Source: Eukaryota sp. GEM-RC1
Lineage: Eukaryota
Direction: 5' to 3'
DNA: 64,000 nucleotides
NCBI GenBank assembly: GCA_040285855.1
Contig: JAUFOQ010000018.1
Span: forward strand, 186,001 to 250,000
How positions within the stretch are numbered: the first letter of the stretch is position 1; each line of letters opens with the position of its first letter. A model generated the notes under the pieces. It was not told the origin of the DNA. It was given only the letters and a program-made list of their open reading frames with translations, and made no database searches. Shown here piece by piece: positions 1 through 11,649 of the stretch. Both the position numbers and the translations under genes were made by a program.

Positions 1-241
1 TTGACTTAAGTCATGAATGGATACATACAAAAGATGGGACATATTTTTCACTCAATTTAGCTCTTTCTATATTAGCCATCACGTCATCATCAAAAACAGT
101 AACACGACAAAGCATAGTCAGATATAGCCTTCATGTACAGTATAAACAGAAGAAAACAACACATAAGTCCGCTGTTACACATATAATAGTATGACCAAGA
201 TGCTTTATGGCAACTACATGTACTTGCTGGAATTGGGTAGT

Positions 242-295
242 TTATTTAAAAAGACATTATTTAAAAAGACATTATTTAAATAATCCTTATTTAAA
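242..295. repeat. 15-bp tandem repeat (TTATTTAAAAAGACA), ~3.6 copies
   Basis: Two exact copies at 242-256 and 257-271, then degenerate copies starting at 272 and 287. Confidence 0.8.
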
Positions 296-339
296 GTTAG
301 TTTCTTGTTGTTCTCACCACGTAAATCCTGTTTCTAATG

Positions 340-530
340 TACTAGTACACTTGAAAACGAGCCATAGAGAGAAAAAAACGAAGGGGCAGAAAAGGTAGGA
401 AATATGCTTGTTTATTGAAAACAATGAAAAAATAAAATTGAACCACTGTTTTTATCATCGGTGATCTGTTTCTATGATCAATTCCAGCGAAAAAAATTCC
501 GGCAGAGTAAAAACAAGTGCAAACACTTTG
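340..530 (-). mobile_element. Degenerate 3' remnant of an RLE-type non-LTR retrotransposon
   Basis: The minus strand reads approximately CPFVFSLYGSF (one T-run indel). The preceding AACAAGCATATTTCCTAC matches 23718 and 31698. This is the PF(A/V)xSxxG motif seen in the other remnants. Confidence 0.5.
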
Positions 531-613
531 GAATAACACTGCTTAAGTGTTTTATTATTTACACATAAAACAAAACCCACTAAATAGTAAGACGTTGTCA
601 GTTGAAGCTGTTT

Positions 614-3315
614 TTAATAATATGAAGTATCGATTCTAGTTTCATCACGAAACAATGCTGAAGGACGTTTGTCTAAATGAGGGAAACTCTTTAATATTGG
701 ATAATTCTTGACACTTGAAATGAAAGAAAGGTTAAGATCTTCTAGTAGAGGAAAAGGACTCAAATAACTACAATCAACATCGCTTATTCTACTTAGATTG
801 AGCTTCTTTAAACAAGAATATGATTGAAAGGGGATCAACAAATCCATGTGTGTTCCATGAAGGTCTAACTCCAGGTATTTCCCGTTCCACTTAACACGCC
901 GTGTAGAAAATGAACAAACATCAGCTTTAAGAAGCTCCAAACCAAGTTCTAAGTCATTTGATGCTGACCCGAAGGTAGCTTTTGAACAATCAAACACTTT
1001 GATATCACGAGTAACTAGACTGTCAATCAGATTTGATGGAATTCCTGCTTCAAAACGTCCTGCAAACCCAAGAAATCCACTGTTAACATTCAATTGGTAA
1101 TTACCTAGATTAAGATTAATACCTTTGATGTATCTCAATTCATCATACACAACTAGAAAAGCATCATAGCTAAACCTTGAGTCAAGAAATTCTACTAAAA
1201 CAATATGGTTTTGTTCTTTCAGCAAGCTAAAGAAATATTCTAAAGTATTAGTTTCAAGTAAATTACATTTGAAAAACGTGATTGTTGTGATAATGGTGTT
1301 AGACACGTCACAAAGGTCTAACAATTGTTGTAATGATTTCACATGTTCTAATACAACAGTATAACCGGTAACATCAATCACATTTGATGGATGAGAAGTT
1401 AAAATCTTGACTTTTCTTGCCTTTTGTTGATTGCAAACGTCAGCAATTGCCAGTCGTCCCATTAGAGAATAGTCATTGCCAATTAAATTGAGCCACATTA
1501 ATGATCTGTTTTGACTCAAGAGATTAGCAAACACCTCAACGCCGTTGTCATCTAGTTTGCATTGAGAAAGATTTAAAGAGACAATGGAAGATCTTTCAGA
1601 AATAACAGAAGCGATGTGATTGTAATCAAAATCATCAAGATAATTAGATGATAGGTCTAACTCTAAAAGTTTAGGACAATTAGGTAAAACTGTGTTACAG
1701 AGAAAGTCCCGGATATAATGTAATCCGCATCGTTCCAAACTCAAATATTTTAAATTAGTTGGTGGTACGTGTAGAGGTATTTGGAAAGTTTCTTCAAAGC
1801 AAACCTGACGATTGTAATTAGCAAAGTGAAGATCCTTGTATGAGCCCAGAAAATAAGTACTATTCATATTCAATCGTAAACGTTCCAATGATTGAGAAGA
1901 GATCAATCCTGTAAGAAGATTAAGAAGGTTCGTTGGGGTCCCATCAAACGTAGAAAAATCAAGATCAAGACTTCTCAAAACAGGGTTCGAACTGATAGCA
2001 ACACCAAGTTCTTCTATAAATTGAGCCATGTCACTTTTGGTAATATTCCTTCCGTGTGAACGTTGGATACTTAAAGAAAGATTGGTAAATGAAGAGTTGT
2101 TCCACAGTAATTTGTTTAAACAGATGCCTGAAGCAAGAGTAAATGGAACGAACAATTTTAAACATTTCACCGAGGTTTGTTTCAAAAGATTGTCAATGAA
2201 GAATAAAGATTGTCGGGCATTCCCAACAGTTGTCGAAAGACTAACTTTTTCCAACATAGTATTGTTTGAGATGTTCGTAACCAATGCCATCACGTCATCA
2301 TTGAAAAACAATACTTAAAAGTTAATTCGGACAAACAAGACTGGTGTTCAAATATAGAAAAGTTGTCAACCAAGATTCTTTCAAAAGAAAGTGAAGTTAT
2401 TGATGGACTTAAAGAAAACGAAGCCAGATTAATACGGGGAATTTCAGCAGAATTTGGATTGTAGTGATCTGCAACACAAATAGCAAGATTACGTAAATTA
2501 CGACAGAAGAACTGACTATGTGGAGCTAAAAAGTCAAACTTTGCAAAATTGGGAAGAGTAAGTGAGTGAATGTTATCAAATAGTTGATGAGGAAAACTTG
2601 AAACAGACCTCAAATGAGCATCAAAGAACATGTTTGAGAACAATTGATCGAAGGTGAAGTTGAACAAAGGTCGTAGTACGGATTGTTGGATTTTTAAGGC
2701 ATTAAAAACTGGAACCGGAAGATAACTTGCTGAGCAAACAGAAAAGGTTCGTTCAAAACAGAAAATTGGGAATATGTTTTGGAATAGACTTAGAAATCTT
2801 TTACTGATGCATACACAGTGAAATAATCGGTATAATATTATAAATAGACCATCGATCTTGAAGTACAGAGATGTTGGTTTTATAGAACCTGTTAGTTGAT
2901 GATGAACTTGTCTACAACACCGAAGCATAACTTCTTGAAGGAGATAGTTAGGAAGATGAAGTTTCGGGACTAGAAGAGCTGAACTTTCAGTGTTGATCAA
3001 CTCATTTTGGAGACAAGCTTGGAACTTTTCGAGATCTTCAAGAACCTCGCACTCGTTTGAGGAAAGATGTGGAGTGGAAAGAACACTGTTTGATTCTGCT
3101 ATAACTTGTTCTTCTGTTTGAAACGCGATTCGTGTGTCTTCATCGGCCTCTGAAAAATCCAATAGTTCCTCACATTGAGGACATATGATGACTTCCTCCA
3201 TCCATTTATCGTGACATGATTGTGAACAGAAGGTACGATCGCAACATCCAAAGATAAGATTTTCAGTAAATGTTGTTTCAGAGTTACACTGATAGCAGTG
3301 AGAAGCCTCTGACAT
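614..3315 (-). CDS. Leucine-rich-repeat (RNI-like) protein with N-terminal Cys-rich RING-like finger; one gene split by a homopolymer frameshift near 2305
   Basis: ORFs 2290..3375 and 614..2311 overlap. Adding one T to TGTTTTTCAAT joins FKYC to FFNDDV. LRR motifs include LELDLSSNYL, SLNLSQCKL and LKKLNLS. The N-terminus has CYQC...CCDRTFCSQSC...CPQC. First ATG is at 3315. Confidence 0.8.
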
Positions 3316-3842
3316 TAGATGTTTCGAAGAGTGGAAGTAGTGGCTCAGATAGTCAAATTTCAAAAGTGTCTTCAAAACGATTTAAAAACATACTGAATAT
3401 TCTACTGCAATTGTATTGTCATGAATATACTCACAATAGACATATTTCACAAAAGACATATATCAGGTTCACAAATATGAAATATTTGACAGGATAAATG
3501 TACTGTAAATTCAACATTTGGTATATTTGCTAATACGCCTATTCAAGAGAGAACACTAAAATAAACACGCCTATTCTGTATTACATTTTGCACACGCCAC
3601 TTCTCTTTTTTTAAATGAATCATATATACTCATTCTCAAACTACATTTCTGGAATTCGCGTAATAAAGAATCTTGATGAGTTACAATACCTTAATTTGGA
3701 CAAAAGTAAGGTACAAGTCATTAAACTATCCAGCACACTCCCACACGTGTTGCAGTAGCAGCGTTCCCTCTATCTAAAGAAACTAACTATAAATCTTGGA
3801 ATTGAAATACTTCAAAATTTAAATACATCAAAAATACCCAAC

Positions 3843-4696
3843 CTAAGGCAATGTCCGTAATGGTCCAGAGTGATTCATCTTATGAGTAACTACTTCGGCA
3901 ACCTTATCCAATACTTTCTGATAGTCATCTACATCTTTTCTCAAACAAACAAAACTAGCCAATGTCGTGTCACCTCTACCTGTTCTACAAGAAATCTTCC
4001 ATTCTCCCCACTTACTCTCATACATTTGTCCATTTACATATAACTTCACTCCTTCTACATGGGTACACAGCACTTCCTCAACCCCCACTCACCAACCATC
4101 CTCATTCCCTCTTCAACATCACTCTGTCCAGTTAAAACACGTATTTCATCTTCATCCACCTTGAGAATATTGATGTAATTGAGAAATTCAGCCTTCAAAG
4201 GCCAGTCTTGTTGATGCATTCGTTGGTCAACCACATGTCGAGTGTATCCTTGAACATCTAGGGCTAATGTGTGGCAAGACTTAGCCAACACTGGGATCAG
4301 TTGTTCAGGGAATTCTCCATTAACAAGAGGAGAGAGAATAATTGTGTTTGAGAGCTTATTAGTAGATAAATCACTTTCTGAGAAGGAATTAGCTCGGAAA
4401 AGACACATGGAGACACGTTGGTTGGCCTTGCCATCGATGTACACGTTTTTCATGGTGGTTGTTTTAACAGATGGAATAACTGTGAAGTTGATTTGATTCA
4501 GTGACGATAAAAGAGGAGAGTCTTCTGGGTTGTAGCAAGTAATTACGTTGGGTGTTGCTCCCAGAGTTGCAGCAGCGATCGATCCATAAAATACGCCTCC
4601 GCCAGGTTGATAGGAGATGTTGTCGTCAACTTCGTTGTTATCAGAAGTATTTTCCTTGACATCAAGTGTTACATGTCCAATAAAAGTGATATCCAT
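3843..4696 (-). CDS. PfkB/ribokinase-family carbohydrate kinase; frameshift in a G run near 4085
   Basis: N-terminal FIGHVTLD...PGGGVFYGSIAA, central DVQG and LKVDEDE, and the C-terminal anion-hole motif TGRGDT. One extra G joins EWG to VEEVLCTH. Confidence 0.85.
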
Positions 4697-4790
4697 AAGT
4701 TTCAAGTCAGCGAAAGAATTTTCCCTGCGAATTTGGTTCTCTTGATCTCTTCAATATTCTACTATACCACTACCTTTTGGATCGGATTGA

Positions 4791-5825
4791 ATGTCTTCTT
4801 GTGACGAACCTTCGATACAGACACTTTTTGCTGAACTTCAAACACTTCAACATCATTATGAAGATAATGTGCAACAAGTGAAACTTCTGAAGCAGGAATC
4901 ATTCTCTCTTGATCAAGACGTAGACATTCTGGCTCAGAAAACATCTGAATGTCGAGTTCTGTATGATGAACTTCAAAAGTAATGATTTATTGTAGAAGCT
5001 AATTCAAGAGAGGTACAGAGCGCCAAGCAAACGGAAGGACGAATGGCTACTGAAATGAAAACCGTACGAAAAGACATGGAAAGAATTCTCATTGATCACA
5101 AACGGCTAGCTGAAGATTTAAACAACTTAAAGCAACATGACTGCGATTCTCTGTATGACAACTCAATGACTAATCACAGTAAAATGTTTGTTCAAACCAT
5201 GCAGAACATTCAAAAAGACATTGTGGCAGAAAAACGGGGTAATGTTGAAGAACAATTGAAGAAGAGGCATACTGAAACAGATGAAAAACTAATGCAAGCA
5301 AAACAATCACTAATTGAAGAGAAGAAACTCATGAACGAAAAGAAGACAGAGATTATCACCATCCAAAAGAAGATCAACGACTACAAGAATGACAACATGC
5401 ATACTCAGCATCAGATCAGTCAGCTTGAAGAGGCAACGAGAGCTAAAAGTCACAACCTGAGTTTAAAGAAACAGCAGAGGTTGGTTCTCATGACTGAAAC
5501 CGCAGAAGTCGAAGGGAATCTATACGAGAAGGAAAACATGTCCCATCATATGCTGAACATTCAAATGAGAGAACAAAATGCTTCACAAGACGAATCTCGA
5601 AAGTCCTTTTACAGCTTTCGTCCAGGATTTTCCAAATCAATTCCAGGTCGGTTTATTTCTCCATTGGCCAAGAAACATAAACCTGGAGCTCTACTGAACA
5701 AATTAACGCCAACAACTATTTCTCCCCCAAAGTTATCTAACAGAATTCAATCACCGTCCACTCCTCAGAGCTTCATCACTCAACAAAACGATGGAAACGA
5801 ATTCTTATTGGATCTAAATGACTAA
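4791..5825 (+). CDS. Coiled-coil protein of unknown function, two exons (4791-4978, 5009-5825)
   Basis: Removing the GT..AG intron at 4979-5008 joins ORF 4791..4982 in frame to ORF 5043..5825 (ELQKEVQSAKQTEGRMATE). Heptad-rich body with an S/P-rich tail. Confidence 0.8.
4979..5008 (+). other. 30-nt spliceosomal intron
   Basis: GTAATG...GCTAATTCAAG. It contains in-frame TAA TGA, and removing it restores a continuous ORF. Confidence 0.8.
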
Positions 5826-5915
5826 CTTCATGTCTGAAATGTATCTCGCTGTTCAATGAATATTCTAGTAAAGCTTAAATAGGAGATATACAAACATTAG
5901 GGTTTCTCAATTCAA

Positions 5916-7523
5916 ATGGCTTTTCCCCAGTTCCACTTACTTAATAAGCTTCTAACCAGCAACGTCCTGTCAATAAAGACGTTGTTTAAGCTCCGACTTA
6001 TCTCCAATAAATTCTGTAATCTCTGCAATGCAAATCTGTGTCGAAAATCTTTCATTTCGTTTCCAGATCAATGTCTATCAATCGATGCTCTTGACATTCT
6101 CACACCGTATCTTGTTGAAGATTGTCTCATAGTCATATCTCTTCTTTCTCCACATAGATATCCTCTTGTGAACTCAGAATCATTGATAGATTCTTTAGCT
6201 TCACTCCCCAGTAATATCCTCATCAAATTCCTACCAGCTAAATCACATGCCCAACTATCTCGCAAAGTACGTCGTTTGATCATCCACCGTCTCTCTCACA
6301 AGGTCATCACCCTTGACGTAACAATTCACGATCTGTCTTCTCATAAACACACTGTCTTTCCCTATGTGACTAGTCTCTGGATCTCTCTATTCAGTCAAAG
6401 TGATATCTCACAGTGGCCTGGGGTTTCATCACGTTTCCCTTGCCTAAAAGAGCTGATAATCACGTGTTGTTGCAACTGTTCTGAAAACGTTTCTACCTTA
6501 ATGAATGTTTTGTCCACAGATCTTGTCCTTTCCACACTTACTTCTCTTCAATTTAAATCAAACGGATGTCCAGATGAGTTCGAACCTCATTGTCTTCACA
6601 TTCTTCCTCATGTTTTGTCCAAAGCTCCCCGTGTTTGTCATTTTAGTTCATCAATTTCCCATTCAGTTTCAGAATTTATACTTGCTGCTACTTCTTTTCT
6701 GTCCCGTTTGAGAAGTCTTGCTGTCGTCAATATCACTCCAAGTTTGTTATCTCGACTGAATCCTCAAGAACTATTTAAACTTTCAGGATCAATTAAAAAT
6801 GACAAGACTTTTGATCTTCTACTTCGTCTGTCAAATCTCTCAGTTTTAAACCTAACTATCGAGGTCATTCCTTCATCTTTCACTTTCTTTTCTTTTCTTG
6901 TTCATCTTAAATCTCTCTCGCTTCGCTTTTCATTTCCTCTTTCAAATGATTATCTTTCCAATCTTTTTCAACAACATCTCCCAAAACATTTAGATTCTTT
7001 AGACTTTACTGGAACTCTGACTAATGATGTCTTTTCTTTAATTGCTCAAAATCTTTCTCTGACTCATTTATCTCTATCAAATGAATCTGATCACGAAGAT
7101 ACTTTTTCAGGAGACGATTTCATTTATTTAATTTCCAATTCTGTCTATCTCCGTTCTTTGTCTCTGTCTAACTTCCACATCATCCTTGGTTCTAGCTTTG
7201 TCTCTCAAACTCTAAAGCTTTCCTCTTTAGTTCTCTCTCATTGTATCATCGCTTGTACTTTGATTAGAAATGTTGTTATGTGTTCTCCTAGACTTCGAGA
7301 GCTTGATCTACCTTCAACCCCCTTTCTAGTATCATTTAAGTTTGTTGAACTGCTGGAATCGAACAAACATATTGATTCTGTTTTCTTTGATAGTTATCAA
7401 GATGAAGAATTAGGTGCTTCAAAAATAATGTTTGAATTATTTGAAAAACGAAGATTTATGACGAAAATTCCTTTTAAAAGTGTTAGAAATAGAGATGGTG
7501 GAATTCCTTTGATATTGATTTAG
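5916..7523 (+). CDS. F-box-like/LRR protein
   Basis: 535-aa ORF. The N-terminal LSIKTLFKLRLISNKF resembles the end of an F-box, followed by repeated LxxLxL motifs (LKELII, LKSLSL, LRSLSL, LRELDL). Confidence 0.7.
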   Translation: MAFPQFHLLNKLLTSNVLSIKTLFKLRLISNKFCNLCNANLCRKSFISFPDQCLSIDALDILTPYLVEDCLIVISLLSPHRYPLVNSESLIDSLASLPSNILIKFLPAKSHAQLSRKVRRLIIHRLSHKVITLDVTIHDLSSHKHTVFPYVTSLWISLFSQSDISQWPGVSSRFPCLKELIITCCCNCSENVSTLMNVLSTDLVLSTLTSLQFKSNGCPDEFEPHCLHILPHVLSKAPRVCHFSSSISHSVSEFILAATSFLSRLRSLAVVNITPSLLSRLNPQELFKLSGSIKNDKTFDLLLRLSNLSVLNLTIEVIPSSFTFFSFLVHLKSLSLRFSFPLSNDYLSNLFQQHLPKHLDSLDFTGTLTNDVFSLIAQNLSLTHLSLSNESDHEDTFSGDDFIYLISNSVYLRSLSLSNFHIILGSSFVSQTLKLSSLVLSHCIIACTLIRNVVMCSPRLRELDLPSTPFLVSFKFVELLESNKHIDSVFFDSYQDEELGASKIMFELFEKRRFMTKIPFKSVRNRDGGIPLILI

Positions 7524-7825
7524 TACTATTTTGTTGTTGTTTTCTTTTGATGATTGTTTGTTCATCGTGCTATATTAAACTATTTTTCTAAGATCAATCT
7601 GCCACGTGTCAACACAAACACCGATTCGAATTGTGTAGCTTTTAGACAAACACGGTGCGATTTGGAAGATATGGAACAAAACTTGAAGACAAATCAATAC
7701 AATCATCAAAGGGATAAGTCAGATAGATGTTTCTGAAGGTATATATGTTAAGTTTATGTGCATGTCAACTTAAGTGTACTACTATAGCATTTTGAAAAAA
7801 CCCATCATTGACTATCAACGTCTGC

Positions 7826-8050
7826 TCATTTCGTCTTCCGTATCTTGTTGAATACAGAGGCTTTACATCCAGGTTGAAAGCATTTCTTAATTGTGTGTCC
7901 TGTCTTACCACAGTAGCTACAAACGGGAGGCTTTTTAACTTTGGGTTTTGGTCTCGGTTTTGTCTTGTATATCACAGTTGCGGGTTTAGAGCTCATATTA
8001 TAGATAATCAAAGCAAGTGCAACGATGATTAGGAAGAGAAGGAACGACAT
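7826..8050 (-). CDS. Small single-pass membrane/signal-anchored protein with a CCHC zinc knuckle
   Basis: Hydrophobic N-terminus (FLLFLIIVALALII), K/P-rich linker, then CSYCGKTGHTIKKC. Paralog of 8497-8856. Confidence 0.75.
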   Translation of the reverse strand: MSFLLFLIIVALALIIYNMSSKPATVIYKTKPRPKPKVKKPPVCSYCGKTGHTIKKCFQPGCKASVFNKIRKTK

Positions 8051-8496
8051 GAAGACCAAAGAGAGAGATATTGGAAGATGGATCTGGGTTGGAAGGAAAA
8101 TTTAAATCTAGATCATGATCACTGGTTTGTACTTAAGGGAATAACTAAATTTTGGATTGATGACTTGCGTGTCATGGTTTCCCCAACTTCACTACATGCA
8201 CCTTCCATTTCAACAATAGTACATCGCCATTGGCTGTCGTTTTCGTAAATGAATACAAGAAATAGTATTAAAGTGACAGACCATTGCTTTCTCATAAAAC
8301 AAAGTTTTGTAAAATGCTTTATTGAATTGATGTGTCATTTTACAGTAAACAAAACTTTTCCTTAAGTCCCAGACTGTTTGTGGAAAGATTTTTTGAGTCG
8401 AATGTGGTCACTCTAAGTATAAACACAAACTGTCTCGTCATTTATAAAGCTTAAAGAATCTTGGATACGTCTACATGAATACCTTACTTATAGATA

Positions 8497-8856
8497 TCAT
8501 CGTTTCTTGAGTTGTTGAATAATTGGGTGGAAAACAGATTTTTTACAATTCGGTCGTAGGCAAGTTGCAATGGTATGACCCTTCTTGCCACAATACTTAC
8601 AGACGGGTGCTTTTATGGCTTTAGGTTTAACTGGAGCAGCTCTTTTCGTGGATGTGGGTTTTGTTGGAGTGGCAGACGGAGTGTATGATAAGCTATAGTT
8701 TGATCTTGTTGTGTAGGTAGGTGTGGGTGGTGGGAAAATTTCGTCTTTGAGGGCGATCAACATTCTCTTGCACCAGCAAATGGCTCGATAGATCCCATAG
8801 AAAATTCCAACCCAAAAGGCTAGGACAAAACACATCAAAACAAGTTCTCCAATCAT
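8497..8856 (-). CDS. Small single-pass membrane protein with a CCHC zinc knuckle (paralog of 7826-8050)
   Basis: Hydrophobic N-terminus, P/T/K-rich linker, then PVCKYCGKKGHTIATCLRPNCKKSVF. Confidence 0.8.
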   Translation of the reverse strand: MIGELVLMCFVLAFWVGIFYGIYRAICWCKRMLIALKDEIFPPPTPTYTTRSNYSLSYTPSATPTKPTSTKRAAPVKPKAIKAPVCKYCGKKGHTIATCLRPNCKKSVFHPIIQQLKKR

Positions 8857-9031
8857 GAGTCTGATAAGTGAGGTGGGGAATGAAAATTTAAATGTTCATT
8901 GTTCATGTTCAGTTTCGTTCTCCTGAATCAAGTCACACAATTTGAAATTCTATCTAGCGTGTAAACAGATTGTAGTTCTACATGTTTTACATCTCGGCAA
9001 ACAATCTTTAGAGTCTTCACATACTGTGCAG

Positions 9032-9804
9032 CAGTGATCGTCAAAATATAGAACCGTAAATACGGTGACTTTTCAGACAACTTCGTAAATAATTCCCGTA
9101 TTTTACGGAACGTTATATTTTACCGGAACAATATGATTTTTCTGTATATAATTGCAATACCAAACCGTATTTCACCGTATATTTGCTTTTGGATTTCCAC
9201 CTATCTACAATAAGAATTTTTTATCAAACTGTTCGCTTGTCCGGAGTGAATACCATAGTAAACATCATATTTCTTGCTAACACCACAATGCTCATATGTT
9301 CGTTTTGGCAAGCATTGAAACATCATATTACACACTATTTTTCTGATGTTATGAAGATTCAAAACTCTCCCTTGCCCTTCTTACTCCAGGCGAAAACAAT
9401 GGGTTGACAGTACTTACACTTGTAGCAGTCAGAAGAGATTACAGTATGGTTCCTGGGAGGAGGTAGCGGGTCTTCCAGCTTCGTGAAGAAGTTTTGATAC
9501 GCACAGTGTCGGCTTTGTTTACGGAACAATACATGTTTTAAGAAAATCTTTTATCTCTCAAAGATACATAAAATCTAAAGTCGTAAACAAAATTAACAGT
9601 ACCATTTCGTGACATGGTCTTGAACCCCAAACAGTTTCTTCAAAAGTCCGTCGATAAATATTATACGGAAAAGCTTTAACGGAAATAATTGCCGTATTGT
9701 ACGGGAAACTCTACTTTATGGAAAGCAATAGTTGGAACCGTACCATATTTACGGCAATTCCGTAAATTCGCTTTTTTTGATATTTTACGGTTTGACGATC
9801 ACTG
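9032..9804. mobile_element. Non-autonomous hAT-type DNA transposon (773 bp)
   Basis: 14-bp perfect TIR CAGTGATCGTCAAA / TTTGACGATCACTG. Perfect 8-bp TSD CTGTGCAG at 9024-9031 and 9805-9812. Many subterminal CCGTA/TACGG motifs. An internal YKCKYC on the minus strand may be a BED-finger remnant. Confidence 0.9.
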
Positions 9805-9876
9805 CTGTGCAGTCAAAGTGTTCATTATCACACTCTACACCTTTTCACGTCATTGATCACGATTTTACCTTCAAAT

Positions 9877-10019
9877 CAGTGATGTAGAAAATATAAAATA
9901 CCGATATACCTACCGTTAAATAGCATACAGCAGACTCGGTATCGGTAAAAATATGCAAGTAATTTACAGATAACTTATAAAGGTACCGTATTTACGGCTA
10001 CTATTTCTGTACATCCCAG
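9877..10019. mobile_element. Probable old hAT-type MITE (~143 bp)
   Basis: Imperfect TIR CAGTGATGTAGAAA vs TTTCTGTACATCCCAG. Flanks CTTCAAAT / ATTCAAAC match at 6 of 8 positions. Internal ACCG/CGGT motifs. Confidence 0.45.
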
Positions 10020-10621
10020 ATTCAAACTTCATGGTGTACCAGTACAGTTTTCGATTTATGACAATCTCGGTTTTACATTACTCTTGCTTCTTTAAAGAAA
10101 GAAGGAACCAAAAGATTGAATTCCAAAATACTACATCATACCACTCATTGAACGGCATTACGAAGACATGAATCAGACAAAGCACTTTGAGAACATCATG
10201 AGTTTTACAGAAACAATAGTTATAATAATGTTTTATTAAATCATTCAAGTAGATTGTATTTTCGTCTACACCTGCACTAGTACCGTTTCAGTGTGATTAG
10301 CGGTGGTTAAACTGATACTGTGTGTATGATTTGTAATATTCAAACATTACCATACTGAACCAGGAGCGTTCACATCTAAGAAAAAGTGCGGGTAGTTGAT
10401 ACAATGACTTCCCTTAAATATATTATTCAAAGCCACAAGAAAACAAGCTTATCACTTTCCAAATGATTTAGACCACAGTTTCATATTTAGCGTGATAGCA
10501 TACAAAGAACGTCAGTTTGGAAACAGAAATGTCAAAGAGCAACAATCGGATTGTCGTGTTCTTGAGAAATTGTCTTTTCCAAAACAATTTCTCTCACTAC
10601 TTCTCATCCACTTCTTATATA

Positions 10622-11281
10622 ATGTCAGATAAAGCAAAAGAATCTGATCCTAAATCATCCCAAGAGTCTACTGAGGAATCAACCAAACCTCAAGAATCTT
10701 CTTCTCAGCCACCCAAAGAAGAATCTTCTGAAGAACAACAGACTGATGTCAAGAGTGACAAAAAGAGACGCAAGCGTGTCAAGAAGAAGGTCATCCAAAA
10801 AAAGATCACTCGTACTGACGGTTCCGAAGAAATAAGCAAAACAGTTGAAAAAGCACCTGAACCTGAACCCGAGGTTCCAAAGGATCGACGCACCACCAGG
10901 CCAAAACCTGGTGTAACTAAACCAGAACCCCGCAAAACCAGAACTTCTGACAGGAAAGTCGCTCCACCTGCAAAGAAAAAGAAGGAAGAAGAAGAACCCA
11001 CTCCTGAAATCGATCCTTCTACCGCTGAGTTCGTCTTTGCTCCCTATCCCAAGAAGTTCTACGTAGGGGCTCTGGAGAAGAAGGAACCAGATGAGGATGG
11101 TGAGATCTTGGTCAGGTTTTATGGCTATCCAGACCCTAACCTTGGGTGGGTTAAGGACGATAAAGCTCTTCCTTTTGATGTGGAGACTTTTGAAAGGTTG
11201 AAGAGTGAGAAGAAGCTTCCCTCTGGTAAGGGATATAAGTTGATTGTGGAGGTTTTCAAGCATAAGGGCATCACTGTCTAG
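10622..11281 (+). CDS. Charged low-complexity protein with a C-terminal PWWP/Tudor-like domain (probably chromatin-associated)
   Basis: K/E/S-rich N-terminus with a basic NLS-like KKRRKRVKKK. The C-terminal FVFAPY...ILVRFYGYPDPNLGWV..ALPF follows the PWWP beta-barrel pattern. Confidence 0.7.
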   Translation: MSDKAKESDPKSSQESTEESTKPQESSSQPPKEESSEEQQTDVKSDKKRRKRVKKKVIQKKITRTDGSEEISKTVEKAPEPEPEVPKDRRTTRPKPGVTKPEPRKTRTSDRKVAPPAKKKKEEEEPTPEIDPSTAEFVFAPYPKKFYVGALEKKEPDEDGEILVRFYGYPDPNLGWVKDDKALPFDVETFERLKSEKKLPSGKGYKLIVEVFKHKGITV

Positions 11282-11649
11282 TTTCTGTAATAAAAGATAA
11301 ATTTAATTATTGGTGTTTATTAAATGTAACAGTTTAATTGAAAACCTCTTGCGTTACATTGTAAGTGAGTTGAACTTGGAAGTATGTTTTGACAGAAATT
11401 TACAATTTATTTCGTAATCATTTGAGGTTAACATTGGTTTACAATTTCATATTGATTCTTATCAAAAAAAATGATTCTTCTTCCTATTGTAAACAAAGAT
11501 ACTCCGTAAGAATTCCAAATTTAAACCAATCAAAAATCAAACTGGAAAACACAAGATAAATAACTAAAGATTAAACTAAATAAATATGACTCATCAATAC
11601 AAATCCAAATAACTAACAAAAGAATCTCTAACAATAACTAAATCCAACA

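Noticed and set aside
10679..11263. 194-aa and 98-aa minus-strand ORFs
   Set aside because: They are antisense to the low-complexity PWWP-like gene and have no independent features.
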